Assembly: GCA_044226015.1 (NCBI GenBank)
Contig: JBGAHS010000008.1
Span: forward strand, 160,001-224,000
DNA: 64,000 nt
Origin: Candidatus Obscuribacteraceae bacterium
GTDB taxonomy: Bacteria > Cyanobacteriota > Vampirovibrionia > Obscuribacterales > Obscuribacteraceae
Reading direction: 5' to 3'
The notes beneath the pieces were generated by a model. It was given only the letters and a program-made list of their open reading frames with translations. It did no database searches and was not told the origin of the DNA. Each line of letters starts with the position of its first letter. The stretch's first letter is position 1. The position numbers and the translations under genes were made by a program. Of this stretch, positions 50,201 through 56,200 are shown piece by piece.

Positions 50201-53200
50201 GAACCAACCGCTCAGTACAAGCCGTAGGCGGCGACGTCAACATTAAGTCGGATAGCATCACGCTGCAAGGCAAGGCGCTCATCACTGACACGGCAGCCAT
50301 CATCAGCGGCAACAATGTCAACTTCACTGGCAACACCGCGAACGGCACCTTCACCTCCGGTGCAATGTTGATCAGCAACTCAGGAACCGTAACCGCTAAC
50401 ACCGGCAACATCAACGTGAACAGCGCATCTAATCAGGATATGCAACTCACAGGCGATGGCAATGGTAACTGGAACGCCACAACCTCCAATGCATCGATTA
50501 ACTTCACCGCTTCGGCAAATGGCAGCCTGAAGCTAGGACTCGGCGACCAGACATTCACGGTCGGACCTAATGGCTCGCCTGGTGGCTCAGTCAACTTCAC
50601 AGCCGATGGCTCAGAAACGTCTACAGTGCAAATTCTGCCAGGCGTGACATATCAATTCCCGAACGATTACACACATGTTGTAGTCAACGTCGGTCAGTTC
50701 CTCGGCAACCCATCGCAATTCAACATCCATCCATCTGGTGGCAACCCGAACTCTACATTGACGATCCAGGGCAAATTTAGCGGCACCATCGCTAATAGCA
50801 CTGGACCAATCGATCTCGGCAACATCACAAACTTGAACTTTGCTGGACCAATCGCAATCTTGTCTGCAACAGATATCTTCTCTAGCAGCAGCAGAACAAT
50901 CACCGTCACTTCAACAGTGACCAATAATGGTGGCTCTCTGACAATGATTGCCGGTTACGCGTTCACACCTACAACAGTCGGAACCATCGGACCGACCGGT
51001 CAGGAATACACACTCGATGTTCCAAACTCGAAGGGCGGCAACATTGACCTCTCCAATGTATCTATTGATACAAGAGGACAAAACATCGGTGGCAACGTCA
51101 ACCTGGCAGCCAACGGAAGCATAACGCTGAGCAACATCGACACCCGTGCAACCGGTGCAAATGGACCTGGTGGCAGCATAACTGTCTACGGTAACGGCAT
51201 CACTGCTAACGGCACAATCAACACAGCCGGAACGGGTACTTCATCTAGTGGCACAGTAACCTTGAGTTCAGGCGCGGTAAGTGCAGTAAACGGAACCACA
51301 ATTCAGGACGGTTTCGTGACCAGCGCTGGCGGCTTCACCGCTGCATTCAGCGTACCGAGCACGACTGGATCACTGAGCACCGGAGCCAGCAGCAGCATCA
51401 ATGCTGGCAGCGTCAACCTGAGTGCTGGTTCAACAACACTTGCAGGTTCCATCACTGGAACTGGCGTCAACATCGCTAGCAACACCCTCTCGTCCACTGG
51501 CACTATCAATGCTGGAACAGGTACGGTCCAAATACAGACCGTGACTGCAGGACGCGGCATTAACCTGTTGAGCACAGGAACGGGCACACTCGATCTCTCG
51601 AACGGCACGCTCTCCTCCATTAGCGCTAGCAAGTTGATTATCGGTTCAGCCTCGGCAAGCGGAGCAATCACCTTGGGCGGCGCACTAGACATTAGCTCGA
51701 AATACAACCTCGAGCTGAGACAGGGCGGCGCTGGCGGAACGGTGACAACAACTGGTCAGACGATCAGCCTGGGCAACAAGGCGCTCAGCATCGCTGCCGG
51801 TGGTGCAGTGAACCTCGGAACTTACACTGGCAGCGGCAGCGCTGTTGATATAAGTGGTTCGTCAGTTACATTCAATTCAGCTGCTGGTAACGCGTCAGAC
51901 ACTACATCGGTAGTAGCAACGAATGGCAACATCGGCGGCGCTGGTGCACTGACGTCGAACGACCTCTCGCTTGCTGCAACCAATGGCAGCATCGGTATCG
52001 CTGGCACCCCATTCCTGACAGTGAACAACGGCAAACTGCATGCAGGTTCCGTCGCTAGCAACAGCGGCATCTACATCAACAATACCGGCAACATCACTGG
52101 CTTGACAGCATTCACGCTGGGGGCAGTTGACCTGCGCAGCAGTGGTGGAGCTACGCTTGATGGCACCGTCCACGGTGACACAGGTGTTATATTGAATATG
52201 ACGACCGGCAAACTCGACAATGCTGGCTTCCTCATCTCATCCACAAATACACCAATCGCAATCACAACAGACAGCATCGCACTGAGCGGTACAACATCGA
52301 TTGATGCAGGAACGAGCACGGTGACCATAACACCGACAACTGCAAGCCGTGCCATCAACCTTGGCACTGCAACAGGCGGACTGGACATCAGTGAAGCTGC
52401 ACTCAACTCTATCTCTGCGAAGACCTTGACTATCGGTTCAACTACCACAACCGGCGGCATCACCGTTGGTGGTGCGCTCAACATCACCGGACCGTACGAC
52501 CTTAACCTGATTCAGGGTGGCAGTGGAGCTTACACAGCAAGCAATGCAATCACCATCGCAAGCACAGGCGGTGCATACTCAGTTAGCACCGCTGCTGGAG
52601 CAATCAATTCTGGCAACATCACCAACAATTCCACAACGAATTCGAAGGTGCTTCTGCAAACTGGTACAGCCAACATCAATTTGACTGCGCTGGTTCCAGT
52701 TGCCCACGACATTGAACTCATCGCAGGCGGCATCGGTACGGGTTCAACGACAGGCGCAATTAATGGATTGTCCAATGGCGCAGTCAGCGGCACTTTGACC
52801 ATCACTCCTACCTTGTCGGGCACCGATGCTGGCACAGTAGTACTGAGAGGCAACAATCTCCTCACCGGCGCTGTCGGCCAACCAACAAAGTTCGTACTCA
52901 ATGTCTCAAGCGCTGCTGGCAATGCTGGTAAGGCGGTATTCGAGAGAACAGCCACCACCGCACTCATACCAACATCCGCTAACGTCTCGCTGCAAATCAA
53001 TAGCACAAGCGGCAACCAGGGCACTGCTGTTCTCAGCAACGGCGGCGACCTGACTTACGCCACCACTGGTTCACCAAGCATCACAACCGGAAGCAGCGGC
53101 AAGGGAGCAGATATAACACTGACAGCAGGTTCAGTTGCAGCAGGCAAACTGGTTGTTAGCGGCAACTTGAGTGCCAACGGTGCTAGTGGCTTCGCTGGCG

Positions 53201-56200
53201 GTAAGCTGACTCTCAACTCCAACAGCACCACAGCCTTCACCATCGGCGCCACCAAGGCCACTAACGGCATCACTGGCAGCATGAGCGTGACTGGCACACC
53301 GAACGGCGACATCACCATCACTAACCGTGGCGGCGGCATCACTGAATCAGTTGCAATCACTAATGTTTCCAACTACAAACTGGATACAACCGGTGCAACA
53401 AACGGAACGCTATCGATTTCGAAAGCAATCACAGCTAGCAATTCAGTGACCCTCATCGCTGGTGGCTCTGGCACAATCAACCCGGGCGCTAACGTCATCA
53501 CAGCACCAACGGTAGCTCTGACCAGCGGCACCGGAGCCATAACAGTCAAGACAGCTGCAAGCACAATTTCAGCTAACATGATTGGCACAAGTGGAACGGG
53601 CGCAGTGAGCATCACCAACGCCTCGGGCAATGTGACATTGCTCGATTCAAGCGCTCGCGGAGCCTTCTCGCTCACAAACAGCACCGGAAACATCACAACA
53701 AACGCAATCACTGCTGGTGGCAACGTCACAGTCAAGACGACCAAGACCAACGCTGCTGTTGCTGTCAACGGCAATGTAACCGGTGGAGCTAGCAGCACAG
53801 TTTCACTAACAGCAAATGGAACCGGATCTATAAGTGGAACCGGAACAGTCACCGGTAAGACCGTCACTCTGACAACGGGTACAGGCGCCATCGGAACAGG
53901 TACAGCTCTCGGCACTGCACTGAAGGTCAAGGCAGTTAGCCTCTCAGCTAACACGCAAGGCTCAGTGAACCTCGACAACCTGGGCAACGGTAGTTCCACA
54001 TTCACCATCACAGCCTCAGCATCGAAGAGTTCATTCACGGTGAACTCAGCAACACCGATTGTGATTAATCCAGCGCTGACGAACGTTACCTCAGCCAACA
54101 TCACAACAAGCGGCGTCAACGCTATAACATTGAAGGCCAGCATCGGTAACACAACGACCACTACAGCCATCAATGTAAGCACAGGCTCTGGCAACATCCT
54201 CAGCTCTGGTACGCTAAGCACCACTGCAGCAGGTAACGTAACGCTCGGCACCACTGGAAGCATCGGAAGCAGCACCGCGGCAGTGAAGGTCAACTCGCCA
54301 ACACTCGCAGTGAACGGAGCTAGCCACACACTGCTGAACTTGAACTCAACAAGAACCGCTGGAGTCAACGTAACGACCGACCTGGCTTCAACAGGTATCG
54401 CAACGTTTACCTCATCTGGACCTACAACACTATTGGGCGTAAGCGGAACCAACGTTGTATTGAAGTCGGTTGGAAACACAACCTTGAATGGCGACATCAT
54501 TGCTAGCGGTACACTGAGCTTGACGGAGACAGGCAGCGGCACCACGACCATGGCTGTCGGCAAGAACATCAGCGCTGCTGGTAAAGTGACGATAACGACA
54601 GTGGGAGCAACCACGTTGAACAATGTCACGTCGACTGCAGGCGCAATCGCACTCACAGCCAAGGGAGCCCTGACTACCAACGACATAACGTCAAACTCCA
54701 CAACGTCCGGAGCAGTGACAATCAGTCAAACAGCGGTTGGCGCATCGACCTTCGGTGCAATCACGGGTCAATCAGTAACGGTAAACCTGATTCCAAACTC
54801 GAGCACCGTGAAAAATAACGTCAACTTCAATGGCGCCATCACTGCAAGCAATGGTTTGGTCAAGATTTCTGAAACTGGAACAAGCAATGCTCTGCAATCA
54901 ACAATCTTCGCGGGCGGAGCTGCAATTCAAGCCAGTGGCAACGTGACAGTGACCACGATGGGCGCAGCTAGTCTGTTGGGAGTGAGCTCTGGTGTCGGCG
55001 GAGCCGGTTCCATCACCATCACAACGAAGGGCACGACATCAGTCGGCGCACTCGATGCAAATGGCAGCACCACCACAGGATCCATCACATTGAATCAAAC
55101 CGGTGGCGGAAGCACAACGCTGAACTCTACAGCTAATGCAGATGGCGCAATCAGCATCACTAGCAGCGGAGTAACAAGCGGCGTTGGCATTCAGACAAGC
55201 GGAGCGGTGACCGCCGCAGGCAATGTCACACTGAAAGCCACTGGCAGCAATGCTGGTGTCACACTCGGTGACAACGTCTCATCGGCAAACACCAGCACTG
55301 GAACCGTAGCAATTACAGCAAGCGGTTCAGGCAATCTGACGCAGACAGCAGGCGCAGTCAGCGCTAAGACCATCACATTGACTTCGAGCACCGGTTCCAT
55401 CGGAACAGGCACCGCTCTCGGTACAGCATTCAAGGTCTCGTCACTAGCAAGTGCTTTCACACTGTCTGCTAACACCAAGGGTGCAGCAAACATCAACAAC
55501 ACCTCGGCAGTTCCAATGACGCTGTCGGCTGCAAGCACTGACGCAAACACCTTCACACTGCGTTCCAGCGGCAACCTGACTCTCACCGCACCACTCACAA
55601 ATGCATCAGCGATCGTGATTGACACGACAGCAGCAGGAGTGGGCGTAGGCAACGTCGCAATCAACGGCAGCACACTCGGTGGAAGCTCGAAGACAACGGC
55701 GGTGAGCATCAGCACCAACGATGGTGATGTGAGCGCTAAGGGCACCATCACGACTAACAATGTCTCTGGCTCTGGAGTCACCCTGGCTAGCACCACTGGC
55801 GACTTCGGAACGAAGACAGCGGCAGTGAAGATGAACACACCGAGCCTGCTCTCCGCTAATGTTGGCGGTCTGCTCAACGTGAGCAACACCAACACCGGCA
55901 GCACCACTTACGGAGCGATCACAGCGAAGTCCGTAACCCTGAGCACAGCCAACAACTCCACATTTAACGGAAACATCAGCACAAGTGGTGGAACCGGTGA
56001 AGTTGTTATCACTCAGACAACTGGACAGATGACTGTCAATGGCAACATAAGCGCAAGCGGAACGAATGCGCTTATCACATTGATGGAGAAAGCTAACAAC
56101 GCAAGCTCTGGCATCACGTTGAACAACTCGACACTGTCCACAAACTACACAACCAAGCCAACTGGTCAGACAACATTCCCAATGCCTGGTCAGATAAGTG

